A DNA stretch of 64,000 bases from Elusimicrobiota bacterium (GTDB lineage: Bacteria; Elusimicrobiota; Elusimicrobia; UBA1565; UBA9628), in contig JACRDQ010000030.1 of NCBI GenBank assembly GCA_016218545.1, positions 256,172 to 320,171 on the forward strand, read 5' to 3'. Position numbers and translations under genes: made by a program. A model generated the notes under the pieces. It saw nothing but the letters and a program-made list of their open reading frames with translations, did no database searches and was not told the origin of the DNA. Shown here piece by piece: positions 44,906-53,278 of this stretch. Positions within the stretch are counted from its first letter, which is position 1. Every line of letters starts with the position of its first letter.

Positions 44906-45685
44906 ATGGGAGCCAGGCTCGGCCAGCATTTCCTCAAGGACCCGGTCGTGCGCGGCCGCATCCTCGCCGCGGCGCGCATCCAGCGGGGGGACTCGGTCGT
45001 GGAGATCGGCCCTGGCCGCGGGTTCCTGACCCGGGAGCTCCTGCGCCTCTCGGACCTGACCGCGGTGGAGATGGACGAGCGCCTGGCCGAGTCCCTGCGC
45101 CTGGAGTTGGGCGCGGAGAGCGGCCTGCGCCTCATCGCCTCCGACTTCCTCAAGGTCGAGCCCGCGGCCCTGGGCAGGCCTCCGCTCAAGTTCGTGGCGA
45201 ACCTCCCCTACTCGGTCGCCACGCCTATCCTGCAGAGGATCCTCTCCTGGGACTGCTGGAGCTCCGCGGTGCTCATGTTCCAGAAGGAGGTCGCCCTGCG
45301 CATCACGGCCGGGCCGGGCAGCCGCGACTACGGGCTCCTCACCCTGTCTGCGGCGATCAAGGCCGAGGCCGAGCTCGTGGCCGCGGCCCCTGCCGAGTCC
45401 TTCTCTCCCAAGCCCAAGGTGGAGTCCGCGGTGGTGCTCCTCAGGCGCAGGGCCGCGCCGCTGGTGAGGCCCGAGCGGGAGGACGGCTTCTTCCGCGTGG
45501 CGCGCGCCGCCTTCAGCCAGCGGCGCAAGACCGTCCTCCATCCCCTGTGCGGGGGCCTGGGCATCGGCCGGGAAACCGCCCTGGCCGCGCTCGAGCGCTG
45601 CGGCATCCCGTCCCGGGCCCGGGCCGAGGAGATCCCGCTCGAGGGCTTCCTTAAGCTGGCCGACATCCTGGGCCGACCCGGCTGA
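44906..45685 (+). CDS. rsmA: 16S rRNA (adenine1518/1519-N6)-dimethyltransferase
   Basis: LGQHFL, VVEIGPGRGFLT, NLPYSVATPIL. Confidence 0.9.
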   Translation: MGARLGQHFLKDPVVRGRILAAARIQRGDSVVEIGPGRGFLTRELLRLSDLTAVEMDERLAESLRLELGAESGLRLIASDFLKVEPAALGRPPLKFVANLPYSVATPILQRILSWDCWSSAVLMFQKEVALRITAGPGSRDYGLLTLSAAIKAEAELVAAAPAESFSPKPKVESAVVLLRRRAAPLVRPEREDGFFRVARAAFSQRRKTVLHPLCGGLGIGRETALAALERCGIPSRARAEEIPLEGFLKLADILGRPG

Positions 45686-45709
45686 CGCCCGATTTTTCCC
45701 GTTCGTTCT

Positions 45710-45718
45710 TGATATACT
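45710..45718 (+). promoter_or_regulatory. Candidate extended -10 (TGATATACT) 7 nt upstream of ATG 45726; leaderless candidate
   Basis: The sequence reads ttcTGATATACTctgtgccATG, with no SD. Confidence 0.4.
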
Positions 45719-45725
45719 CTGTGCC

Positions 45726-47462
45726 ATGGGCTTCCTCATCAGGGCGGAGTTCCCGGGCAAGCCGCCGGTCACCAAGGAGCTCGTCGAGGGCGGCCACCTC
45801 GTGCTCGGCCGCGCCAAGCAAGCCACCTTCAGGATCCCGGAGGACCTCGAGATGAGCCGCCTCCACGCCGAGGTCCTCGTGGACAACGGCCTGCTCGTGG
45901 TCCGGCGGAACCCCGAGTCCACCAACCCCGTGTTCCGCGACGGCCGCCCCATGGACGAGTTCGGCCTGGCTCCGGGGGAGAGCTTCCTCATCGGCAAGAC
46001 CAAGTTCACCTTCCTCATCCTCGACGCTCCGGCCGGGGCCGCTCCCGAGGCCGTGGCTCAGTCCCCGGCGGCAAAGAAGCCCTCCGGAGGGGGCGGCGCG
46101 GCCCCGGAGCACGTCGAGCTCCTGACCATGTCCGCCAAGGACCTCTACGCCATGGGCGACCCGGCGGGGAGGCTCAAGTACTCGCATCTCCTCGAGATCC
46201 CGGAGATCCTGCGCAAGCGCGACCGCAAGGACTCCTTCGCCCGCATCGCGGCCGTGCTCCGGGACTCCACGGACGGCGTCTTCGCGTGCGTCGTCACCGA
46301 GGAGGGCGGCGTGCTCGGCGAGGACCGCTCTGCCGGGGCGGTCCGGTACCAGCCGAGCAAGACCCTCATCCGGAAGGCCTGCGCCGAGGCCCCTCAGCCC
46401 ACGGTCTACTCGTGGTCCCAGCCCGCGGGAGAGGTCGCGACGCGGCAGGCCGGGCTCGACTGGGCCGTGTGCGCCGCGGCCCGCATCCCGCACGAGCCCT
46501 CCGTGGTCTTCTACGTGGCCGGGTCCCAGTCCTCGGCGGGCTCGGAGTCCCTCCAGCGCGAGCGCGCCCGTTTCGTGGGGCTCATCGCGGACATGGTCGG
46601 CCGGAGCATGGCCATGGACCGGCTGACCACCTGGGAGGGGCGCCTGGAGCGCTTCTTCGCCGGCCCGGTGGTGAACAAGATCCTGTCCTCGCCGGATCTC
46701 GGGGACATCGAGCCCAGGCTCGCGGTGAGCACCGTGATGTTCTTCGACATCCGCGGCTTCTCCAAGCGCACCGAGGAGAAGAACGAGGACATCCTCCAGT
46801 ACATCGGTGAGCTCCGGCGCGCCATGACGGCCATGACCGCCGTCATCCTCGAGGAGCAGGGCGTGGTGCTCCAGTACATGGGGGACGGCATCCTCGCCTG
46901 CTGGAACGTCCCGTTCCAGGACCTCTCGCACGTGGACCTGGCCTGCCGGGCGAGCCTTCGCATGGCGGAGGCCTTCTCCCGCCAGACCGGCGGCTGGCGC
47001 TGCGGCATCGGGCTCCACTCCGGGGAGGTCGTGGCCGGAGCCATCGGCTCGGAGCAGGTCTTCTCCTACGGGCTGCTGGGCGCCACCGTGAACCAGGCCT
47101 CCCGCGTGGAGGGCATCACCAAGGCCCTCGGCGTCGGGATCCTGGCCACCGAGGACGTGGCCTCCAAGGTCTCCCCTTCCGTGGCCATGCCCGTGCCCGT
47201 GGGACGCTTCCGGCCGGCCGGGATGTCGTCCGCCATCGACCTCTTCGAGCTCACCCCGGCTCCGGGCGACTCCAGGCGCAGGGAAGCGTTCCAGGGAGGG
47301 GTGGCCGCGCTCAAGAGCGGCGACTTCGCCGCCGCGAGCCTGGCCTTCGGCGCCCTGCCTGCCGAGGACAAGCCCGCGGCCTATCTGCGGTCCCTGGCGG
47401 ACAAGCTCTCCAGGACCCCTCCGCGCGATTGGGACGGGGTCATCGAACTCTCCCAAAAATGA
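45726..47462 (+). CDS. FHA-domain / class III adenylate (or guanylate) cyclase
   Basis: N-terminal FHA (LVLGRAKQATFRIPEDLEMSRLHAEVLVDNGLLVVRRN.STNPVF.DG). A central GAF-like region. Cyclase domain: VSTVMFFDIRGFSKRTE, YMGDGILACWN, GIGLHSGEVVAGAIGS, YGLLGATVNQASRVEG. Confidence 0.8.
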   Translation: MGFLIRAEFPGKPPVTKELVEGGHLVLGRAKQATFRIPEDLEMSRLHAEVLVDNGLLVVRRNPESTNPVFRDGRPMDEFGLAPGESFLIGKTKFTFLILDAPAGAAPEAVAQSPAAKKPSGGGGAAPEHVELLTMSAKDLYAMGDPAGRLKYSHLLEIPEILRKRDRKDSFARIAAVLRDSTDGVFACVVTEEGGVLGEDRSAGAVRYQPSKTLIRKACAEAPQPTVYSWSQPAGEVATRQAGLDWAVCAAARIPHEPSVVFYVAGSQSSAGSESLQRERARFVGLIADMVGRSMAMDRLTTWEGRLERFFAGPVVNKILSSPDLGDIEPRLAVSTVMFFDIRGFSKRTEEKNEDILQYIGELRRAMTAMTAVILEEQGVVLQYMGDGILACWNVPFQDLSHVDLACRASLRMAEAFSRQTGGWRCGIGLHSGEVVAGAIGSEQVFSYGLLGATVNQASRVEGITKALGVGILATEDVASKVSPSVAMPVPVGRFRPAGMSSAIDLFELTPAPGDSRRREAFQGGVAALKSGDFAAASLAFGALPAEDKPAAYLRSLADKLSRTPPRDWDGVIELSQK

Positions 47463-49192
47463 CGACGGCGCCCGTCGCGGCCCTGCGCTCGAGGACACTC
47501 CGGCTCGGCCTCGTCCTCTCTTGCGCGGCCCTGCTCCCCGCTCCCTGCTCCGCCGGGTGCGACCAGGGCTCCTACGACGCGGCGTACGCCGCCTGCAACG
47601 CCGATCCCCCGGGGCCCCAGTGCGCCCCGGTCTACAACGAGATGCGCTCCGCCTGCGAGAGCGACCTCCAGAAGGCGATCGCGGCCGTGGACAAGTCCAA
47701 GCCCGCGGATAGGGACGCTGCGGTCGAGGCATTGAGCGACCTCCGCATGAAGATCTACTACGACATGGGCGGGTTCAAGAGCTACGGGATCCTGGGAAGC
47801 TCCGGCAAGCACATCACGGTCGGGGGAGAGAGCTTCAACACTTATGCGAACGAGGCGTGGGAACGCGCGGAGAAGACCTTCGACGATCACGGCTACGAGG
47901 TCTCCGATGACGGCGAGATCCTGGCCGGGCCCGGGGACGGCGAAGAGGCCGGCGACCCTGCCGCGGACCAGAAGCCCGGCGCCGCCGGCAAGCCTCGGTC
48001 CGGGGCGCAGGGTGAGGCCCAGCCGCGGAAGGAGCGGGTCGAGGCTCTGCTCGACCAAGGCAAGGCCGCGGAAGCCGAGGACCTGCTCGACGAGCTCCTG
48101 CAAGACGACCCGGAGAACCCGGAGCTCCTCGCCATGAGGTCCGTGGCCAGGCTCAACCAGGAGGACAAGTCGGGCGCTCTCTCGGATGCCAAGGCCTCCC
48201 TGAAGTCCGACCCTGAGAACAAGACCGCCCAGGAGGTGAAGGATTTCATCGAGCTCACGGGCAGAGCGGCCGGGGTGAGCCTCAAGCTCAAGGGGCCCAA
48301 GTGGGAGTCCAAGGACATGGGCTCCAGGTTCGACGGGAGCGGCGGGGACGGGGCGGCCGGAGCCGGCGGCAAGCTCATGGCCGGCGGAGGCTGGCGGAGC
48401 GGCGGCCCGAGCCGGGCCTCGGGCGGAGGCTACGACGCGGTGGACGCCGGCGGGTCAGGCTGGTCCGCCACGGGGAGCGGTCCCGGAGCAGGGGCCTATG
48501 CCCCGGGCGCGCAGGCCACCCTGCCCATGTCCCAGGGCCTGACCGGCTCGCAGGTGCTCGTGCGCGAGGCGCGCAAGAAGCTCAGGCTCGGGGACCTGAG
48601 CGGCGCCTTCCTCGAAGCCGCCCGCGCCCTGCAGGCCGACGCCAGGAACCCCGCGGCCTGGACCACGCGCGCCGCGGTGTCGAACAAGCTCAAGAACTTC
48701 GACGCCGCCATCGGCGACGCGACCGAGGCTTTGAAGCTCGAGCCCAAGAACGTGCCCGCCATGCTCGAGCGGGGCTACGCGCAGTACAACATGGGGAACC
48801 TCACGGCCGCGCTCGAGGACATCGGCTCAGCCATCAAGATCGAGCCCATGAACGCCCTGGCCTACCTCTACCGGGGCATGATCTTCGAGAAGATGACCCG
48901 CTACACCGAGGCCCTCGCGGATTACGAGACCGCGGCCCGCCTGGACCCCACGCTCCGACAGTTCTGGGAGGATGCCAAGACCCGCCTCCTGGGCGGCGGC
49001 AAGGGCAAGGGCAAGACCGGCCCAGGGGCGCGGAGGCCCGGCCGCGGGCTCTTCTGGCTCATCCCCTCGGGCCTCTCCCTGCTCATCCTCGTCATCTTCA
49101 TCCGCAGGAGGCTCAAGGAACGTGCGCAGCCGGCGGCGGAACCCGAGCCTCCGGCCGGGGCCGAGCCCGGCCAGCCCAAAGACGAGTCCTGA
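47459..49192 (+). CDS. Secreted TPR ectodomain protein with C-terminal TM anchor (paralog 1 of 3)
   Basis: Signal peptide, a Cys-rich N-domain, a Gly-rich spacer, a TPR block (...ATEALKLEPKNVPAMLERGYAQYNMGNLTAALEDIGSAIKIEPMNALAYLYRGMIFEKMTRYTEALADYETAARLDPTL), and a TM segment LFWLIPSGLSLLILVIFI. ATGA overlap with the cyclase stop. Confidence 0.7.
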   Translation: MTTAPVAALRSRTLRLGLVLSCAALLPAPCSAGCDQGSYDAAYAACNADPPGPQCAPVYNEMRSACESDLQKAIAAVDKSKPADRDAAVEALSDLRMKIYYDMGGFKSYGILGSSGKHITVGGESFNTYANEAWERAEKTFDDHGYEVSDDGEILAGPGDGEEAGDPAADQKPGAAGKPRSGAQGEAQPRKERVEALLDQGKAAEAEDLLDELLQDDPENPELLAMRSVARLNQEDKSGALSDAKASLKSDPENKTAQEVKDFIELTGRAAGVSLKLKGPKWESKDMGSRFDGSGGDGAAGAGGKLMAGGGWRSGGPSRASGGGYDAVDAGGSGWSATGSGPGAGAYAPGAQATLPMSQGLTGSQVLVREARKKLRLGDLSGAFLEAARALQADARNPAAWTTRAAVSNKLKNFDAAIGDATEALKLEPKNVPAMLERGYAQYNMGNLTAALEDIGSAIKIEPMNALAYLYRGMIFEKMTRYTEALADYETAARLDPTLRQFWEDAKTRLLGGGKGKGKTGPGARRPGRGLFWLIPSGLSLLILVIFIRRRLKERAQPAAEPEPPAGAEPGQPKDES

Positions 49193-49198
49193 AGCATT

Positions 49199-49207
49199 TG
49201 ATATGAT
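49199..49207 (+). promoter_or_regulatory. Candidate extended -10 (TGATATGAT) 6 nt upstream of ATG 49214; leaderless candidate
   Basis: The sequence reads catTTGATATGATggtcggATG, in a 21-nt intergenic gap. Confidence 0.35.
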
Positions 49208-49213
49208 GGTCGG

Positions 49214-50872
49214 ATGAGGTCCCAAGCCTCGTTGTTTTCAAGGGGCTCCCTTGCTGGACTCATCTCCGCGTGCGTCGTCGTGCCTTCTTTCGCGGCGACC
49301 TGCACCATGGAGAGCTTCTCCTCGGCCATCGGCTGCGTGTGCAGGCGTGACCTCCCGCCGGGATGGGAAAAGCCCTTCGATTGCACGGCCTGCCTCCAAG
49401 GGGTCGAGCGGCTTCGGGCCGCGTGCGAGCAGGAGTACGAGCAAGGCATGGAGAAGGTCCAGGCTGCCAAGACCCCCGCGGAGGTCGAGGCTCAAAAGGA
49501 GGACCTCTATCGGGTTGCTGAGGTCGCGAGCAGAGGCGACATCGCCTTTGACGGCCGCCAGGAGAGGGGGAGGGTCCTCGAGGACCTTGTGCTGGTGGAG
49601 AGCATCCCCGAGCCCCATCAGGTCACGGCGGACATCAACGATATCCAGCAGGGGTTGGTGGATAAGGCCAAGAACGCCCAAGTGGAAGACAAGAAGATCG
49701 AGCCGGACCCCAGCGCTCTTGAAGCGAGGAATAAGAGCCTGGGCTTGGCCATGGACTTCCTGGGGGGGGCGAACATCGCCTTGGGCGGCAAGGATTCCGA
49801 CGGCGCGGTGGAGAGGACCGAGGCGGAGAGGACCGAAGCCGTGAGGACGGAGCAGGCCAAGAAGGACATGGAGGCGGGAAACTCCGAGGCTGCCGAGAAG
49901 TCCGTTGACCAGGCCCTGGCCTCGAACCCTAAGAACCGCGAGGCCCGCGAGGTCCGGGCCCTGGCGCGGATGAACCAGGGCAAGAACGAGGAGTCTCTCG
50001 CGGACGTCCATGAACTGCTCAGGCAGGATCCCAAGAACCAGGTCGCGCTCGACATGAAGACCTACATCGAGTCCTCAGGCCGCCTGGCAGGCAAGACCCT
50101 GAGTCTCAAGAGGCCTGATTTCGGAGGCCATGCCTCGAGAGAGGGTCTGGAAGCGGGTCTTGCCGCTGCCCTGCCTGGCGCCGAGGGCCGTTCTGGCCCT
50201 GGCACGGCCGAGGACGCGGTCCAAGCCGGGGGCCGGTCCTACCGCGGCACCCTGCCCTTGTCGCAGGGGCAGACCCAGGCCCAGGTTCTGGCCAGGGGAG
50301 CCGCCAAGAAGCTCAAGATGGGAGACTTGAGCGCGGCCTTGCTCGAGGCCACGCGCTCCATCAGGGCGGACAAGGGGCATGCCCCGGCCTGGGCCCTGCG
50401 CGCGGCTGTCGCCAACAAGCTCGCCAGGTACGACGCCGCCCTGGCTGACGCGACCGAGGCCCTCAAGCTCGAGCCGGACAACGTGACCGCGCTCCTGGAG
50501 CGGGGCTTAGCCCAGTACGGCATCGCCAACTACGCGGCCGCGCTCGAGGATGTCAGCCGCGCCCTGGCGCTCGAGCCCATGAACGCCCTGGGCTACCTGT
50601 ACCGCGGCATGATCTTCGAGAAGCTCTCCCGGTACAGCGAGGCCCTGTCCGACTACGAGACGGCCGCGCGCCTGGACCCGACTCTGCGCCAGCTCTGGGT
50701 GGACGCCAAGGCGCGCCTCTCGACCGGCAAGGAGACCTCGGTCCGGCGGGGGATCTCCTCGGAGACCGTGGCCTGGCTGGCCTGCGCGGCAGCTCTGGCA
50801 TCGGCAGCAGGCCTTGCCGCGGCCCTGGTCGTGACGCGCAGGAGAGTCCGGGCAGAGGAGAGCCCCTCATGA
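49214..50872 (+). CDS. Secreted TPR ectodomain protein with C-terminal TM anchor (paralog 2 of 3)
   Basis: Same architecture as paralog 1, with a near-identical TPR block (ATEALKLEPDNVTALLERGLAQYGIANYAAALEDVSRALALEPMNALGYLYRGMIFEKLSRYSEALSDYETAARLDPTL). Confidence 0.7.
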   Translation: MRSQASLFSRGSLAGLISACVVVPSFAATCTMESFSSAIGCVCRRDLPPGWEKPFDCTACLQGVERLRAACEQEYEQGMEKVQAAKTPAEVEAQKEDLYRVAEVASRGDIAFDGRQERGRVLEDLVLVESIPEPHQVTADINDIQQGLVDKAKNAQVEDKKIEPDPSALEARNKSLGLAMDFLGGANIALGGKDSDGAVERTEAERTEAVRTEQAKKDMEAGNSEAAEKSVDQALASNPKNREAREVRALARMNQGKNEESLADVHELLRQDPKNQVALDMKTYIESSGRLAGKTLSLKRPDFGGHASREGLEAGLAAALPGAEGRSGPGTAEDAVQAGGRSYRGTLPLSQGQTQAQVLARGAAKKLKMGDLSAALLEATRSIRADKGHAPAWALRAAVANKLARYDAALADATEALKLEPDNVTALLERGLAQYGIANYAAALEDVSRALALEPMNALGYLYRGMIFEKLSRYSEALSDYETAARLDPTLRQLWVDAKARLSTGKETSVRRGISSETVAWLACAAALASAAGLAAALVVTRRRVRAEESPS

Positions 50873-53259
50873 ACCGCCGCCTGCTGCTGGCCTGCCTCAT
50901 GCTCGCCTGGGCCGGGACCGCCCGGGCCGAGTGCAGCAGGAAGGCCTACACGGAGATGAAGGACTGCGAGGTCACAGCCGCGGGGAGCCATGTCGTCAAG
51001 AATCCGGACGGCACCCAGACCACGGTGGCGGACTACGACAGCAGCGCGTGCCTGCGACTCGTGGGCGACGTGGCGGACGAGTGCGGCGAGGCCTATGACA
51101 AGGCCCTCGAGGTCCTCAAGACGGCCAAGACCGAGGCTGAGATCAGCGCAAGCGAGGCGAAGCTCAAGGAGATCGCGGACATCGTCAAGGACGTCAAGAC
51201 CATCAAGGGCGTCACTCAGGACCCGAAGAACCCGCTCATGCCCTTGTCCGAGTTGGCCGAGCTGGACACCAGCGTCATCCCGGACGCGGTCAACGCGGCC
51301 AAGGAACGCCTCAAGGCTCCAAGCGTCGGCGGAACCCCTGACCCCAACGCGGTCCCTGGCCCGGCGCTGCCGCCGGTCCAGCAGGTCAGGGACCTCATCG
51401 AGGATGGGGACACCGCGGCCGCCCTGGACAAGCTCGACGGACTCATCGGGCCCGGCACCCAGGACCCGGACCTTTTCTCCATGCGCTCCTGGGGCCTGGC
51501 CAGATCCGGGGACCGCGCGGCCGCGCTCAGGGACGCGGAGGCTGCGCTCCAGCTCGACCCGAAGAACGAGCTCGCGGGCCAAGTCAAGGCTTACCTGGAG
51601 TCAGCGGGGAGCATGGGCAAGTCCAGGGTCGAGCTCAAGGCCCCGGATTTCTCGGGCCTCTCGTCCTCGAAGGGCAAGGACTCCTCGGCATGGCTCCAGG
51701 AGGGAGGGGCCCCTTCCGGAGGAGAGTGGATGTGGGGGAGCGGAGGAGCGGGCGCTCCGCCCAGGCCCGGGGGCGCCGCGGCCCAGGCCGCAGGCGCGGT
51801 CGGGCCGGCCGAGCCGCTGCTCAAGAGTTCCATGGCGAAGTTCCGCGTGGGCGACCTCAACGGAGCCCTCCTCGACGCCACGCGCGCGCTCCAGGCGGAC
51901 AAGTCCGACCTTCGGGCCCGGGCCATCCGGGCCGCCGTGGCCAACCGCCAGAAGAACCACGAGGGCGCGCTCTGGGAGGCGGGGGAGATCCTCAAGACCC
52001 ATCCCAACAACGTCCCGGCCTACCTGGAGAAGTCCCTGGCCGAGTACGGGCTCCTCCAGTACGACGCCGCGCTCGCCGACGTCGCGACCGCGTCCAAGCT
52101 CGACCCTTCCAATGCCCTGGCCAGGGTGTATGAAGGCATGATCCTCGAGAAGACCGGACGGGATGCAGAGGCGTTCGCGGCCTACGAGAGAGCGGCCGGG
52201 CTCGACTCCGGCATGGCCCGCTGCCTTGCGGACGCACGCAGCCGGCTGGAGCCCGGAGAGGCTCCGCAGGGCTTCGACTGGAAGAGACTGGCGCGTTGGG
52301 GCGGGCCCGTCGGCCTGGCCCTGGCTTTCGTCATCACCGGCGCTTGGTGGCGCTCCTCCGGCCCGGGCGCTGCTGCGGCGGGGGCAGGGACCGCGCCCCA
52401 GTCCTTTCCGGCGCGCGCAGCGGAGGGCCTGCGGACCTCAGCGGCCACGGTGGCCCAGGCTCCGGAGGGGGCCCTGCTGGCCGGGACGTACCGCGTGGTG
52501 CGGGAGCTGGGCAGCGGAGGCATGGGCGAGGTCTACGAGGCCGTCGACGAGAAGCTCCAGCGGTCCGTGGCGCTCAAGCGTCTCAAGAGGCAGGCCTATG
52601 CCTCGCCGGAGCTCAGGGACCGCTTTTTGAAGGAGGCGCGGCTCGTGGCCAAGCTGCGCCACCCGCACCTGGCCGAGATCTTCACCGTGGCCGGGGACGA
52701 GGAGCTCTACCTGGTCTTCGAGCTCGTGCAGGGAGAGGCCCTGGACAAGACCCTGTCTCGGCGCGGCCGCCTGGGGCTCGACGAGGCCCAGAGGATCGTG
52801 GGCGAGGTCTGCTCCGCGCTCGAGTACGCGCACGACGAGCATGTCATCCACCGGGACCTCAAGCCCTCCAACATCATGTTCGACGGCGAGGGCCGCGCCA
52901 AGGTCATGGATTTCGGCATCGCGCACGAGGCGCGGGGCTCGGCCGACCTGACGCAGACCGCCGCGTGGGGCACGCCTCCTTACATGGCTCCCGAGCAGGA
53001 GGGGGGCCGCGTGGGCCGCGAGTCGGACCTCTACGCCCTTGCCGTGATGGCCTACGAGATGCTCACCGGCAGCCGTCCCTTCCCCGGCCCCTATTTCCTG
53101 GAGAAGAAGCTCAAGAAGCAATACCCGGCTCCCACCGCGGTCAACGGCACCCTGCCGAGGTCCGTGGACGCGTTCTTCGCCAAGGCCCTTGAACCCGAGC
53201 CGGAGAAGCGCTACCGCACCGCGGCCGAGTTCGCGGCCGCGTTCCGCGGCCTTGCTTGA
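50869..53259 (+). CDS. Receptor Ser/Thr protein kinase: paralogous TPR ectodomain (3 of 3) + TM + Hanks-type kinase
   Basis: Signal peptide, Cys-rich N-domain, TPR block and TM (GGPVGLALAFVITGAWW). Kinase motifs: GSGGMGEVY, VALKRL, HRDLKPSNIMF, DFGIA, TPPYMAPE. ATGA overlap with paralog 2. Confidence 0.85.
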   Translation: MNRRLLLACLMLAWAGTARAECSRKAYTEMKDCEVTAAGSHVVKNPDGTQTTVADYDSSACLRLVGDVADECGEAYDKALEVLKTAKTEAEISASEAKLKEIADIVKDVKTIKGVTQDPKNPLMPLSELAELDTSVIPDAVNAAKERLKAPSVGGTPDPNAVPGPALPPVQQVRDLIEDGDTAAALDKLDGLIGPGTQDPDLFSMRSWGLARSGDRAAALRDAEAALQLDPKNELAGQVKAYLESAGSMGKSRVELKAPDFSGLSSSKGKDSSAWLQEGGAPSGGEWMWGSGGAGAPPRPGGAAAQAAGAVGPAEPLLKSSMAKFRVGDLNGALLDATRALQADKSDLRARAIRAAVANRQKNHEGALWEAGEILKTHPNNVPAYLEKSLAEYGLLQYDAALADVATASKLDPSNALARVYEGMILEKTGRDAEAFAAYERAAGLDSGMARCLADARSRLEPGEAPQGFDWKRLARWGGPVGLALAFVITGAWWRSSGPGAAAAGAGTAPQSFPARAAEGLRTSAATVAQAPEGALLAGTYRVVRELGSGGMGEVYEAVDEKLQRSVALKRLKRQAYASPELRDRFLKEARLVAKLRHPHLAEIFTVAGDEELYLVFELVQGEALDKTLSRRGRLGLDEAQRIVGEVCSALEYAHDEHVIHRDLKPSNIMFDGEGRAKVMDFGIAHEARGSADLTQTAAWGTPPYMAPEQEGGRVGRESDLYALAVMAYEMLTGSRPFPGPYFLEKKLKKQYPAPTAVNGTLPRSVDAFFAKALEPEPEKRYRTAAEFAAAFRGLA

Positions 53260-53278
53260 ACCACGACGGAGGATCGCC

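Noticed and set aside
41151-47732. Three long minus-strand ORFs (41151..43334, 43403..46018, 45651..47732; 693-871 aa)
   Set aside because: They are antisense to rdgB-TPR, murC, rsmA and the FHA-cyclase, all of which have clear family motifs. The antisense products are Arg/Gly/Pro-rich low-complexity sequence.
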